This document shows positions 1 to 9,434 of a DNA stretch of 64,000 nucleotides, piece by piece (position 1 is the first letter of the stretch; each line of letters begins with the position of its first letter). The position numbers were made by a program, and so were the translations under genes. The DNA is taken from assembly GCA_015065165.1 (NCBI GenBank), contig SVQU01000009.1, forward strand, positions 66 to 64,065, given 5' to 3'. Origin of the DNA: Oscillospiraceae bacterium. GTDB lineage: Bacteria > Bacillota > Clostridia > Oscillospirales > CAG-382. The notes under the pieces are model-generated. The model was not told the origin of the DNA. It did no database searches and worked only from the letters and a program-made list of their open reading frames with translations.

Positions 1-14
1 TCATTGCCCTTTGA

Positions 15-89
15 TGGCAGCGGAATAGGGATTCGAACCCCAACAAACAGAGTCAGAGTCTGTCGTGCTAACCGTTACACAATTCCGCT
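15..89 (-). tRNA. tRNA-Gln (anticodon CUG)
   Basis: The reverse complement folds by eye into a 75-nt cloverleaf. Acceptor stem AGCGGAA/TTCCGCT. Anticodon stem ACAGA/TCTGT with 7-nt loop C-T-CTG-A-C. T arm TGGGG-TTCGAAT-CCCTA. Discriminator G plus encoded CCA. Confidence 0.8.
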
Positions 90-119
90 ATACTGCACGC
101 CGTATTCGGCGCACGAGTT

Positions 120-148
120 ATTCTAACACTGAAAAAACAAAAAGTCAA
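120..148 (-). promoter_or_regulatory. sigma-A-type promoter candidate for tRNA-Gln
   Basis: On the minus strand: TTGACT (148-143), 17-nt spacer, TAGAAT (125-120), about 25-30 nt upstream of the tRNA 5' end. Confidence 0.45.
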
Positions 149-156
149 GTGGTTTT

Positions 157-690
157 TTACTTCTTTTTTATTTTATTTGTGATTTTTTTCATAGCAGTTA
201 ATGCTTTTTGGGTTATTTTCTCTCTTTTTGCGGTTTCGCCCAAGGCAAAAAGAGCCATATTAAGCGCCATTTTTGCCGATTGACGTCTTATTTCACCGCG
301 CTTGCCCGAGAAAACAAAGGTTTTTGCCAAGGTGGTTTCTTTTGTGGCAACGCCGATACAAACCGTACCCACAGGCTTGCCCTCGCTGGGCTCGGGCCCT
401 GCAACCCCCGTAACCGAAACGGCGATATCACCGCCCGAAAGCTTCAAAGCGCCTTCTGCCATTTCCTTTGCCGTTTCCTCCGAAACCGCGCCGAAATTGT
501 CAAGAGTTTCGGGTTTTACCCCAAGCAAAGCCGTCTTCGCTTGGTTGGAATAGGTAACCACACCATATTCGAAAACCGAGCTTGCCCCCGAAATATCGGT
601 TATCATCTTTGCCACCAAGCCACCTGTGCAGGATTCGGCTGTGGCTATTTTAAAACCCAGCGATTTAAGGGTTTTAACGAGAATTTTCAT
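157..690 (-). CDS. pncC: CinA C-terminal-domain protein / nicotinamide-nucleotide amidohydrolase PncC-like
   Basis: 177-aa ORF with the CinA-C signature 'KIATAESCTGGLVAKMITDISGASSVFEYGVVTYSNQAKTALLGV' and 'VSVTGVAGP'. Confidence 0.85.
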   Translation of the reverse strand: MKILVKTLKSLGFKIATAESCTGGLVAKMITDISGASSVFEYGVVTYSNQAKTALLGVKPETLDNFGAVSEETAKEMAEGALKLSGGDIAVSVTGVAGPEPSEGKPVGTVCIGVATKETTLAKTFVFSGKRGEIRRQSAKMALNMALFALGETAKREKITQKALTAMKKITNKIKKK

Positions 691-739
691 AAATATTTAC
701 CCCATTTAATCTATCGAATACACCAAAAGAGGTGTAAAA

Positions 740-1909
740 TCAACCTAATCTAACGAAATGGTCGGTTGCCAAAGCCCTTTCCACAAGCCCTGCTACGTCA
801 AGCTTTGCTTCCTCCGCAAGGATTTCCTCCATATCGGGGCGTGTGTCGGGGTGCTTGGGTGTGAAAACGGTACAGCAATCCTCATAGGGAAGTATAGAGG
901 TTTCAAAGGTGCCGATTTCTCTTGCTCTAACAACAATTTCCTCTTTATCCAAGCCAATACAGGGGCGCAAAACGGGAACTGTCGCCACCGCATCGGTAAC
1001 CGCCAAGGATTGCATAGTCTGGCTGGCAACCTGCGCCAAGCTTTCACCCGTAACGATACAGCCCGCGCCGTATCTTTCAGCCAAAGCCGAGGCGCAACGC
1101 ACCATAAATCTGCGAAGGAGAAGTGTAAAAAGTCTTTCCTTGCAGGTGGAAACCAAGGTTTCCTGAATTTCGGTAAGGCTAACCGAATGTAAATACATTT
1201 CTCCGCAATATTCGGTAAGCTTTTCGGCAAGAGTTCTAACCTTTTCTGCCGCGGCTTCGCCTGTGTAAGGGGGAGTTTCGAAATAAACGGCATCCATCGC
1301 CGCACCGCGACGGGCAATCATATGTCCTGCAACGGGGCTGTCGATACCTCCCGAAAGCATAAGCATCGCTCTGCCGCTGCTGCCCACGGGTACACCCCCC
1401 GCGCCCTTTTCGCCGTTACCGTGAACAAAGGCGGCGCGGTCGCGGATTTCAATGGTAATAACCCTTTCGGGGTTGATAACGTCAACCTTCATATCGGGGC
1501 GGTTTTCCAAAACTATACCGCCGCAAATAGCGCAAATTTCGGGAGATTTCAAGGGGAATTTCTTGTCGCTTCGCTTTGCATCGCATTTAAAGGTTTTTGC
1601 ATCTCCAAGAAGCTCGTCGATATTTTCGGCGATTTTCGCGGATATGTCGTCCATATCCTTTTCGCACTGAATACCGCGGCAAACGGTGGCAACGCCGAAA
1701 ACCTTTTTCACCTTTTCATAGGCGGTGTCCATATCTGCATCGTCGGATGCGGAAATACAAAGGGTGGATTGAGCGTAATCGAAATAAAATTCACCGTCAA
1801 CAGGCTTTAAAGCTCTGCGAACCCGCTTTTCCAAAACCGAGTTGAAATAACCGCGGTTAAGCCCCTTTAATACTATTTCCCCGTATTTTAAAAGTAATAC
1901 TTCTTTCAT
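740..1909 (-). CDS. thiI: tRNA 4-thiouridine(8) synthase ThiI (no rhodanese domain)
   Basis: 389-aa ORF with a THUMP-like N-terminus and PP-loop 'MLMLSGGIDSPVAGHMIARRG'. It lies immediately downstream of a cysteine desulfurase, as in the Bacillus nifZ-thiI pair. Confidence 0.9.
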   Translation of the reverse strand: MKEVLLLKYGEIVLKGLNRGYFNSVLEKRVRRALKPVDGEFYFDYAQSTLCISASDDADMDTAYEKVKKVFGVATVCRGIQCEKDMDDISAKIAENIDELLGDAKTFKCDAKRSDKKFPLKSPEICAICGGIVLENRPDMKVDVINPERVITIEIRDRAAFVHGNGEKGAGGVPVGSSGRAMLMLSGGIDSPVAGHMIARRGAAMDAVYFETPPYTGEAAAEKVRTLAEKLTEYCGEMYLHSVSLTEIQETLVSTCKERLFTLLLRRFMVRCASALAERYGAGCIVTGESLAQVASQTMQSLAVTDAVATVPVLRPCIGLDKEEIVVRAREIGTFETSILPYEDCCTVFTPKHPDTRPDMEEILAEEAKLDVAGLVERALATDHFVRLG

Positions 1910-1916
1910 AAAAAAC

Positions 1917-3035
1917 CTACCGTTTCAACCGCTTTGCGGTTTCTTCTAATTTTTCTGCAAGGGTGATGCAATCTTCCTTGGTGTTTCCCGCGCCGAAGCT
2001 TATTCGTACAGCCGATTCCAGCATTTCCTTGGAAAGCCCAAAGGATGCCATTGCGTGGGTAACCCCTTTTCTTGCCGAGCAGGCACTGCCCGCCGAAACA
2101 CAAATACCCAACGCGTTAAGAGCGTTAAGCATAACCTCGCTTCTAACTCCCGGAACCGAGATTAAAAGTATAGAATCTATATGGCTTTCGGGTATGTGAA
2201 GCGTAACAAAATCCTTGCCCGAAAGCAAATTTACCGTGTAATTATAAAGCTCGCTTATGTGGGAGGTAACGTTGGAATCAAATTCCTCCACCGCCCCCGC
2301 AAAAGCCGAAATACCAACCAAATTCTCGGTGCCCGAGCGCAAGCCGCCCTCCTGCCCGCCGCCGTGGATATAGGGCGCAAGCCTTACACCGCTTTTTACA
2401 TAAAGTGCGCCCACACCCTTAAAACCGCCGATTTTGTGGGCGGAGATAGATGCCACGTCGCAGTTTTTAACAATTTCACGCTTGTCCGAAACCTTTAAAA
2501 ACCCCTGAACAGCATCGCAATGAAGCAAAGCACCGCAACCGCTTTTGTCGATAGCCTTACGAACCGCCGAAATATCATATTTCGCCCCGGTTTCGTTGTT
2601 GGCAAGCATAATCGTTACAAACGCCGCGCCCTTGGAAAGCTCGGCTTGAAGAAAATCCATATCAAGTTTTCCACCAAGGGTGGGAACACGCGCAATCTCC
2701 CAACCTTCATCCTCCAAAACCGAAAGAGGGGAAGAAACCGAAGGATGCTCGCTGTCGGAGGTGATAATGCGCTTGCTTCGCCTTGCCCTTAGCTTTGCCA
2801 ACCCGAAAATGGCTTGGTTGTTGCTTTCGCTTCCGCAAGAGGTGAAAATAACCTCCTCGGGCTTTGCAGACAGCGCTTTCGCAACAGCCTTTCTGGCATT
2901 GTCCAAAAGCTTTTTCGCGTTTATCCCCGCCGAATGTACCGAGGATGGGTTGCCGTATATTTCAATTGCGTTCTTTGCGGCATTAACCGCGCCCTCGCTT
3001 GGATGGGTGGTCGCCGCCGAATCAAAATAAATCAT
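1917..3035 (-). CDS. cysteine desulfurase (class V aminotransferase, NifS/NifZ/IscS-like)
   Basis: The track ORF is 419 aa. I trimmed the start to ATG at 3035 ('MIYFDSAATTHP...'), preceded by GGAGA. PLP-lysine motif 'SISAHKIGGFKGVGALYV' and active-site Cys loop 'SAGSACSARK'. Confidence 0.88.
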   Translation of the reverse strand: MIYFDSAATTHPSEGAVNAAKNAIEIYGNPSSVHSAGINAKKLLDNARKAVAKALSAKPEEVIFTSCGSESNNQAIFGLAKLRARRSKRIITSDSEHPSVSSPLSVLEDEGWEIARVPTLGGKLDMDFLQAELSKGAAFVTIMLANNETGAKYDISAVRKAIDKSGCGALLHCDAVQGFLKVSDKREIVKNCDVASISAHKIGGFKGVGALYVKSGVRLAPYIHGGGQEGGLRSGTENLVGISAFAGAVEEFDSNVTSHISELYNYTVNLLSGKDFVTLHIPESHIDSILLISVPGVRSEVMLNALNALGICVSAGSACSARKGVTHAMASFGLSKEMLESAVRISFGAGNTKEDCITLAEKLEETAKRLKR

Positions 3036-3209
3036 AAATTCTCCAAAAGTTTCGTTAAATTCTATTATAACTCTTTGAACGCAAATAGTCAATAACCACA
3101 GAAAAAAGCCACGGGTAAAATCCGTGGCTTTTGTTTTTTGACAAGAAGCATATCTTTCGTTGTTATAGACTTTCAAGCACGTAAAGAACGAGTTTGTCTT
3201 GGGTATATA

Positions 3210-4013
3210 TCACGAACGGGCTAAGCAATTAAGCAGTCGTTCTCTGTCATCGGGGGCAGGGAGCCACGTATAACCAATTTCACCATATTCCTCTCCCAGC
3301 TTTTCCAAACCGTCAAGAGTTATATATCCCGTAGCGTCATAGCGAAGTTTGTATAGTCGCTTAAAGTCCGCATACTTTGAAATATCTGCGTCGGGAGCAA
3401 GATTTTGGGCGTGCTCACGGAATTTATCTTCAAATTCATCTTTAAATTCTTCCGACCAAATGTCAATATTGGAATAATCTAAAACCTCGGCGTGATACTT
3501 AATTTGTAGATATTTGTCGTCCACGGGAATAAACCCAACGGATTCGAGGATTTCGTCCTTTTGGCTTAATTTATTTTCTAATATATTCAGTCCTTCATCA
3601 GAAACGTCCGTTGTGAAGAACGTAATTCCTACGTAATAATATACGTTTGTTTTGTCAAGGGAGGGTTCGTGGTCAAATAACAAGTGTGAGATACCTTGCC
3701 CGGTTATTTCACAGCTGTACCATTCGTTTATCCCCCCGCCGCTATGCTCAAGGACTTGAGGCTCCCACGTATAGTATTGGTACTTGCCGGTGAAATAAGC
3801 CACTTTTTCGGGTATAGCAGGTGTGGTTTCGGGTTCGCTGCTTTCTTCGGAGGATTCAACGGAACTTTCAAGGCTTTCGGTTTCACTTTCCGCAACCGAG
3901 CTTGATGAAATTTCGCTTGAAATATTACTTGACGAATCGCCCGTGCCCTTGCAGGACACCAAAGCCGAGAAACACATTACAATACAAAGAATTAATGCGA
4001 TTCTTGATTTCAT
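3210..4013 (-). CDS. putative lipoprotein, function unknown
   Basis: 267-aa ORF with a signal peptide and lipobox 'SALVSC', followed by a Ser/Glu-rich low-complexity linker. No recognisable catalytic motif. Confidence 0.6.
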   Translation of the reverse strand: MKSRIALILCIVMCFSALVSCKGTGDSSSNISSEISSSSVAESETESLESSVESSEESSEPETTPAIPEKVAYFTGKYQYYTWEPQVLEHSGGGINEWYSCEITGQGISHLLFDHEPSLDKTNVYYYVGITFFTTDVSDEGLNILENKLSQKDEILESVGFIPVDDKYLQIKYHAEVLDYSNIDIWSEEFKDEFEDKFREHAQNLAPDADISKYADFKRLYKLRYDATGYITLDGLEKLGEEYGEIGYTWLPAPDDRERLLNCLARS

Positions 4014-4024
4014 ATAAATTCCTC

Positions 4025-5929
4025 CTATTTTATGTTAGAAGTATGTTTAATCCATGCTGCGCCGTATAGAATATCGTGATAATCAACGGAATTTTGCTTT
4101 TTTAGCTTTTTTATGACAAGATAATATTCAATATTACTTTCGGGAACAAACGTTACTTTTTCTAAATTATTATTTACGCTGATACTTCGGTAAATATAGG
4201 TATAGTCGTTTGGGTCTACGTAAAGACTTTTGTCAAACGTAGCAATACCCATTTGAATTCTTGGAACTATATAAATATCCAAATCTGGCAAAGGTGTATC
4301 CACATCGGGGGCAAAATTGCCGTGTCCTGCGCTTGAAAACATGGTGCGTTTTAAGAAGTTCATAGAAACGGTAACCTTTTGACCTTTTTGAAGCGCCCCA
4401 AGCGGGATGATATCTGTATCTTCGGTGGAGGTTATGGTACCGCTTACGTACGTGCCGCCATTTATTAAATAGGTTGCATTCGAAGCGTTTGCTATGCCGG
4501 CGCCATATTGATGATATCCGGTATCGTCAGTATTATAGTTGTGTTGAGTGTTTTCGGTTTTTTGTAATACAGAACAAGTTAATATAGCCTTTGTTAAATC
4601 CATAGCCGTTAAAAGTTCGGGCTCCAACGAACATAACGTTGCAACCATTCCGGCTATTTGTGGCGCGGCGAAACTTGTGCCGTTAAAAGCTTCTTCGGGA
4701 TTTGTGGAAATGGAAGGAATGAGTATATTGCCACCATAAGAGCAAATATCGGGTTTGTAGGGGCGATCTTCGTTTGTATTATAAGCCGATCTCGGAACGG
4801 TGTCGTCGGAGAATGAACTGCTTTGTACGTAATACCATTGCATATCATCGCTGTATGAGGCGGTATTTTGATCATCGACAGCGCCTACAGTGATTGCGTT
4901 ATATGCCATCGCGGGAAGAGCCACTTTGTTTCTGCCGTGATTTCCGCTTGCAATCACTATATGAACAGAATGGTTATACGCTATATGATCTATCCATTTT
5001 GCATATGACCAATATCTGTTTGAAGAATTTTCGTCTCCGCTGCTCATGTTAATTACATTCACGCCTTGCGTCAACAACCATTCGATCCTTAACACCATAT
5101 TGCCATACGTATCACAAGATGCGCTATATAAATGTTCAAATCCTTTTGCAAAACCATAATTTGGGTCAACCATTATGGATGCAACTGCCGTAGCGTGGGG
5201 TTTTACTTCTGCGCTAGATGATTGAAATGTGATTTTTTCACTAAGAGCAGCCAACACACTGTTGTTCAAATCAGGACGCCCTGTTTCCAACATACCGAGC
5301 TTAATACCTTGTCCGCCGTACCCCAATAAATATGGGAACCCTATATTTGTATTCGTATAAGCCAAGGAAGCGCAGTCTTCCATCTCTATATCACCGCGAA
5401 CCAATGATGAAACTTTATCATTTCTTGCCACGTTAAGGGCCTCGGATTTTGTAAGACTGCATATCAAAATCGGTGAATATTCGCTTATATAGGTAACCTC
5501 TCCGCATTTGGAAAGTTTTTCGGCGACCGCGGTATTGTGCTCTAAATATATTTCACGGGCAATACGGCGGTTTTCCATAATTTCAGCTTGTTTTTCTTCG
5601 ATTCTTTCCAATCTTTCTTCCAGCGAAACTTTAGTTGACGAGAGATTGGAGTTGATAATGTCATCGAGATTAACGATTGAACCCTCTTTTGTTAAGCTTG
5701 ATGAGGTTTTAGGTACAGCTTTTTGATATTCCTCGGTGGCAGTATCGTTAAGCCAAACTATAACGTCGGTTTTTTCGCTGCTGCTTCTTTGGTTATATAC
5801 AGCCATAAGGTCATCGGAAATTTTTGAATATGCTAATTGAACCTCTGCGGATGCTATGGGTGAAACTGACAAAATAAGTAAAACAGCGCAAAGCATAATA
5901 GAAATATATGCAATTTTTTTATGTTTCAT
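4025..5929 (-). CDS. secreted subtilisin-like (S8 family) serine peptidase
   Basis: Start trimmed to 'MKHKKIAYISIML...' (AAAGGA RBS upstream). Signal peptide ending 'ASAEV'. S8 motif order: 'GMLETGRPDL' (Asp-position box), 'KPHATAVASIM' (His box), 'INMSSGD' (oxyanion Asn), 'NGTSFAAPQIAGMVA' (Ser box). Confidence 0.8.
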   Translation of the reverse strand: MKHKKIAYISIMLCAVLLILSVSPIASAEVQLAYSKISDDLMAVYNQRSSSEKTDVIVWLNDTATEEYQKAVPKTSSSLTKEGSIVNLDDIINSNLSSTKVSLEERLERIEEKQAEIMENRRIAREIYLEHNTAVAEKLSKCGEVTYISEYSPILICSLTKSEALNVARNDKVSSLVRGDIEMEDCASLAYTNTNIGFPYLLGYGGQGIKLGMLETGRPDLNNSVLAALSEKITFQSSSAEVKPHATAVASIMVDPNYGFAKGFEHLYSASCDTYGNMVLRIEWLLTQGVNVINMSSGDENSSNRYWSYAKWIDHIAYNHSVHIVIASGNHGRNKVALPAMAYNAITVGAVDDQNTASYSDDMQWYYVQSSSFSDDTVPRSAYNTNEDRPYKPDICSYGGNILIPSISTNPEEAFNGTSFAAPQIAGMVATLCSLEPELLTAMDLTKAILTCSVLQKTENTQHNYNTDDTGYHQYGAGIANASNATYLINGGTYVSGTITSTEDTDIIPLGALQKGQKVTVSMNFLKRTMFSSAGHGNFAPDVDTPLPDLDIYIVPRIQMGIATFDKSLYVDPNDYTYIYRSISVNNNLEKVTFVPESNIEYYLVIKKLKKQNSVDYHDILYGAAWIKHTSNIK

Positions 5930-6238
5930 ACAGTGAATCCTTTCTCTTTGTTGTTGATATGTTGTTTTTTGCAAATTGTATAACCGAAAACTCTGAAACT
6001 TCGTTATCCATTGGATTCACCTCCTAACATGTTGCTTGATGAGTTTGCATTGTTCTACGTTTAGCGTACCACAAATAACAAGAAAAACAAGATTGAAAAA
6101 TAGAATTCGTGATGTTTTACAACGGTTTTGGCGTTTTATACAAAATAATTCTTTGGGCAAACGGAAAACCCTTGAATTTTTTGTTTAAAAAAGATTGAAA
6201 AATTTAATGGACATTTTGTAAAAATTACGCATTTACTA

Positions 6239-6267
6239 TTTACATATTAATAATATAGTTGTATAAT
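6239..6267 (+). promoter_or_regulatory. consensus sigma-A promoter upstream of rny
   Basis: TTTACA (6239-6244), 17-nt spacer, TATAAT (6262-6267). This leaves a ~145-nt leader before the rny ATG. Confidence 0.6.
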
Positions 6268-6416
6268 TAGTGTGAATACTAATATAAAGTTTTTGCAGCG
6301 GCGAAATAACTATTGGAGTTGTTTTGTTTGCCTTAATAAGCAAAACGGCGGAAAAGAACTTATCAGTCGGGCAAAATGTCTTTATATTGGGATAAAATAA
6401 ATTTCAGGAGGCAAAA

Positions 6417-7964
6417 ATGGACAATCCTATTTTAATTGGCATCATTGTGGGTGTCATCGCTGCCGCCTTAGGTTTCTTAATAGGCTATGTTTTACGCAAG
6501 AAGCTTGCCGAAAAATCCATCGGAAGCGCAGAAGCAGAGGCTAAAAGGATAATCGAGGACGCTACAAAAGCCGCAGAAACGGCGAAGAAAGAAAAGCTCG
6601 TTGAAGCAAAGGAAGAAGCTCTTAAAATTAAGAACGATACCGAACGCGAGCTTAAAGAACGCAGAAACGACCTTCAACGTATGGAGCGCAGAACCATTCA
6701 GAAGGAAGAAAATCTGGACAAAAAGTATGAAGCTCTGGAAAAGAAAGAGGAAGTACTTAACGAAAAAATTCGTGAAAACGAAGAATTGAAAACCAAAAAC
6801 GAAGAACTCGTTGCTCAGCAATCCGAGGTATTACAGAAAATTTCGGGTATGTCTGTTGAGGATGCACGCGCGATGCTTATCGAGCGTGTGGAAAGTGAAG
6901 CAAGACACGAAATGGCGATGAAGCTGCTTGAGGTTGAGCAGGAATGCAAGGACAAAGCAGAAGAATCCGCCAAGAACATAATTGCGTTGGCAATCCAGCG
7001 TTGCGCTGCCGACAGTGTTTCGGAAGCCACCGTTTCGGTTGTTGACCTTCCCAGCGACGAAATGAAGGGTAGAATTATCGGTAGAGAGGGCAGAAATATC
7101 CGCGCTATCGAAACGCTTACGGGGGTTGACCTTATTATCGACGATACGCCCGAGGCTATTGCGATTTCCACCTTCGACCCTGTTCGCCGTGAAGTTGCAA
7201 GAATGACTTTGGAAAAACTTATCTCCGACGGCAGAATTCACCCCTCCAGAATTGAGGAAACCGTTGAAAAGAGCCGTAAAGAGGTTGAAGCGGTTATTAA
7301 GAAAGAGGGCGAACAAGCCACCTATGAAACCGGTGTTCACGGTATCAATCCCGAGCTTATTAAACTTCTCGGTAGATTGAAATACCGCACAAGCTACGGT
7401 CAGAACGTGCTTAAGCACTCCATCGAGGTTGCGCATATCGCAGGTATGATTGCGGCTGAATTGGGTGTGGACGTTAACCAGGCGAAGCGCGCAGGCTTGC
7501 TGCACGATATCGGTAAGGCAATGACACACGAAATCGACGGATCTCACGTTCAGATTGGTGTTGACGTTGCAAGAAAATATAAAGAAAGCCGCGAGATTGT
7601 TCACGCTATCGAGGCTCACCACGGCGACGTAGAGCCCAACACCCTTGTTGCTATGATTGTTCAGGCGGCAGACGCAGTTTCTGCGGCACGTCCCGGCGCA
7701 AGACGTGAAAATCTCGAATCCTACATTAAACGCTTGCAGAAGCTTGAGGAAATCGCAACAAGCTTTAAGGGCGTTGAAAAATCCTTTGCAATTCAGGCGG
7801 GCAGAGAAGTTCGTATTATGGTTAAGCCCGACGAGGTGAACGACGACGAAATGGTATTTATCGCCCGTGATATTGCAAAGAAGATTGAAGAAGAGCTTGA
7901 ATATCCCGGACAGATTAAGGTTAACCTTATTCGCGAAATGCGTCAGGTAGATTACGCGAAGTAA
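6417..7964 (+). CDS. rny: ribonuclease Y
   Basis: 515-aa ORF with an N-terminal TM helix, a Lys/Glu-rich coiled coil, KH motif '[15 protein letters not shown]' and HD motif '[10 protein letters not shown]'. GGAGG RBS. Confidence 0.95.
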   Translation: MDNPILIGIIVGVIAAALGFLIGYVLRKKLAEKSIGSAEAEAKRIIEDATKAAETAKKEKLVEAKEEALKIKNDTERELKERRNDLQRMERRTIQKEENLDKKYEALEKKEEVLNEKIRENEELKTKNEELVAQQSEVLQKISGMSVEDARAMLIERVESEARHEMAMKLLEVEQECKDKAEESAKNIIALAIQRCAADSVSEATVSVVDLPSDEMKGRIIGREGRNIRAIETLTGVDLIIDDTPEAIAISTFDPVRREVARMTLEKLISDGRIHPSRIEETVEKSRKEVEAVIKKEGEQATYETGVHGINPELIKLLGRLKYRTSYGQNVLKHSIEVAHIAGMIAAELGVDVNQAKRAGLLHDIGKAMTHEIDGSHVQIGVDVARKYKESREIVHAIEAHHGDVEPNTLVAMIVQAADAVSAARPGARRENLESYIKRLQKLEEIATSFKGVEKSFAIQAGREVRIMVKPDEVNDDEMVFIARDIAKKIEEELEYPGQIKVNLIREMRQVDYAK

Positions 7965-8153
7965 ACGCTACGCTACGCTTCGCTATCGCCCGAAAACACT
8001 TATTTTCGGGCGGATTTGCGCCTTCGTGCGCTTAACCCTAAAAATGCAAGCATTTTCAGGGAACCCATTTACTCGCGCCGAATTTGTGCATAAATGTCCA
8101 AATTCGCGAAGGCGTAAGGTATATTATCCAAGGCACGTGTCCTTGGATAATAT
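7965..8153 (-). repeat. structured interspersed repeat, copy D (family 'S')
   Basis: On the minus strand it shows the same ordered blocks as copies A-C. These are hairpin H0 (8121-8153), ATACCTTA, helix P1 (8107-8114 / 8019-8026), hairpin P2 (8079-8106), GCGCGAG box, hairpin CCCTGAAAAT..ATTTTTAGGG (8036-8061), hairpin H4 (7987-8012) and tail ..AGCGAAGCGTAGCG. The tail ends at 7965, directly against the rny stop codon (7962-7964). Confidence 0.7.
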
Positions 8154-8226
8154 GAATTTTAATTGTATTTGCTTTATTGTATTTTTTGTTGATGCTTTTA
8201 ACGGTATCAGCGATTAGATTGGAGTA

Positions 8227-9027
8227 TTGGATTTGATAAAAATACTCGCGGTGGGCGACGTATTCGGCGCGCCCGGTTGCAATTTTGTTAAAAAGCATTT
8301 GCGAAAAATAATTAATGCCGAGGGGGCGGATTTCGTCATCGTTAACGGCGAAAACGCCTGCGGAGGCAACGGTCTTGACAGGGCGGAGGCGGATTTGATT
8401 TTTTCAAGCGGCGCCGACGTTATCACGGGGGGCAACCATTCCTTCCGCAGATATGCCTTGATGGATTTTATCGAGGATGAACCGAGAATTTTAAGACCGT
8501 TGAATTTTCCCGTAGGTTCCCCCGGCGAAGGATTTTGTATCGTTCCCGTTAAAAACGGGCTTAGGGCAATGGTTATTTCGGTTTGCGGTCAGGTTTTTAT
8601 GGACCCTGCCGATTCACCCTTCACGGCGGTAAACCGCCTTTTGGAATCGCAAAAAGGCAAATATGATATTGCCATTTGTGATTTCCACGGTGAGGCAACC
8701 AGCGAAAAGCTTGCCTTTGCCCACGAGTTTGACGGCAGAATACAAATTATTTACGGCACACACACCCACGTGCAAACCGCGGATGAACGCTTAACCCCAA
8801 GGGGCGGCGGATATATCAGCGATATCGGTATGGTGGGCAGTGAAGATTCGGTTATCGGCATAAGCTATGAAACCGCGGTGCCCAGGTTCACACGGAACGT
8901 GCGTATGAAGGGTATCCCCGCCGCTGAAAACGTATCCCTTAGGGGCGCGGTGTTCACCTTGGACGAAAAAACCCTTTATTGTACAGACGTAAAGAGAATT
9001 AATTATAACGAGGAAGATTTAAAATGA
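8227..9027 (+). CDS. ymdB: YmdB-like metallophosphoesterase (2',3'-cyclic-nucleotide 2'-phosphodiesterase family)
   Basis: 266-aa ORF with a TTG start. Motifs 'ILAVGDVFG', 'VNGENACGGNG', 'TGGNH', 'DFHGEATSEK' and 'GTHTHVQTADE'. It lies downstream of rny as in Bacillus. The exact start (8227 vs 8233) is uncertain. Confidence 0.85.
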   Translation: MDLIKILAVGDVFGAPGCNFVKKHLRKIINAEGADFVIVNGENACGGNGLDRAEADLIFSSGADVITGGNHSFRRYALMDFIEDEPRILRPLNFPVGSPGEGFCIVPVKNGLRAMVISVCGQVFMDPADSPFTAVNRLLESQKGKYDIAICDFHGEATSEKLAFAHEFDGRIQIIYGTHTHVQTADERLTPRGGGYISDIGMVGSEDSVIGISYETAVPRFTRNVRMKGIPAAENVSLRGAVFTLDEKTLYCTDVKRINYNEEDLK

Positions 9028-9377
9028 ATTTTACAAATATGATGATGTTTTTCGAGGGTGAACCCGCAACAACAGGCTCGCTTGTTTCGTTGTTCATCCC
9101 TATGATTCTGCTTGCGGTGGTGTTCTATTTCTTCATCTACCGTCCCCAGAAAAAGCAGGAAAAGGAAACCGCAGATATGCGCTCCTCTATCGAAAAGGGC
9201 GACGTTGTGGTTACCACCGGCGGTATCGTTGGTATGGTTGTTAAGGTTACCGATGATATGCTTCTTATCGAATCCAGCGGTAACAGAACCAAAATTCAAA
9301 TTCAGAAATGGGCTGTTCACAGCGTTCTCGAAAGAGCCAACGCTCCCGAACCCGCAGAAGATTCTAAAAAGAAATAA
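9024..9377 (+). CDS. yajC: preprotein translocase subunit YajC
   Basis: 117-aa ORF with one TM helix, then 'YRPQKKQ...IEKGDVVVTTGGIVGMVVKV'. Its ATG overlaps the ymdB stop (ATGA). Confidence 0.85.
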   Translation: MNFTNMMMFFEGEPATTGSLVSLFIPMILLAVVFYFFIYRPQKKQEKETADMRSSIEKGDVVVTTGGIVGMVVKVTDDMLLIESSGNRTKIQIQKWAVHSVLERANAPEPAEDSKKK

Positions 9378-9434
9378 AAAAACAACGAGGCTGTGTAAAA
9401 ACAGCCTCTAATCATTGAATAAAGGAAACTTATT

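Noticed and set aside
1-700. Integrated element or genomic island next to tRNA-Gln
   Set aside because: No integrase or tRNA 3'-end direct repeat is seen. The adjacent genes (cinA/pncC, thiI) are ordinary core genes.
7965-8153. IS200/IS605-type element ends or a TnpB/IscB omega-RNA as the identity of family S
   Set aside because: This was considered because of the subterminal hairpins and a 3' tail abutting variable flanks. However, no tnpA/tnpB/iscB ORF or remnant lies next to any copy, and I cannot match the scaffold from memory. It is kept only as an untested alternative in the findings.
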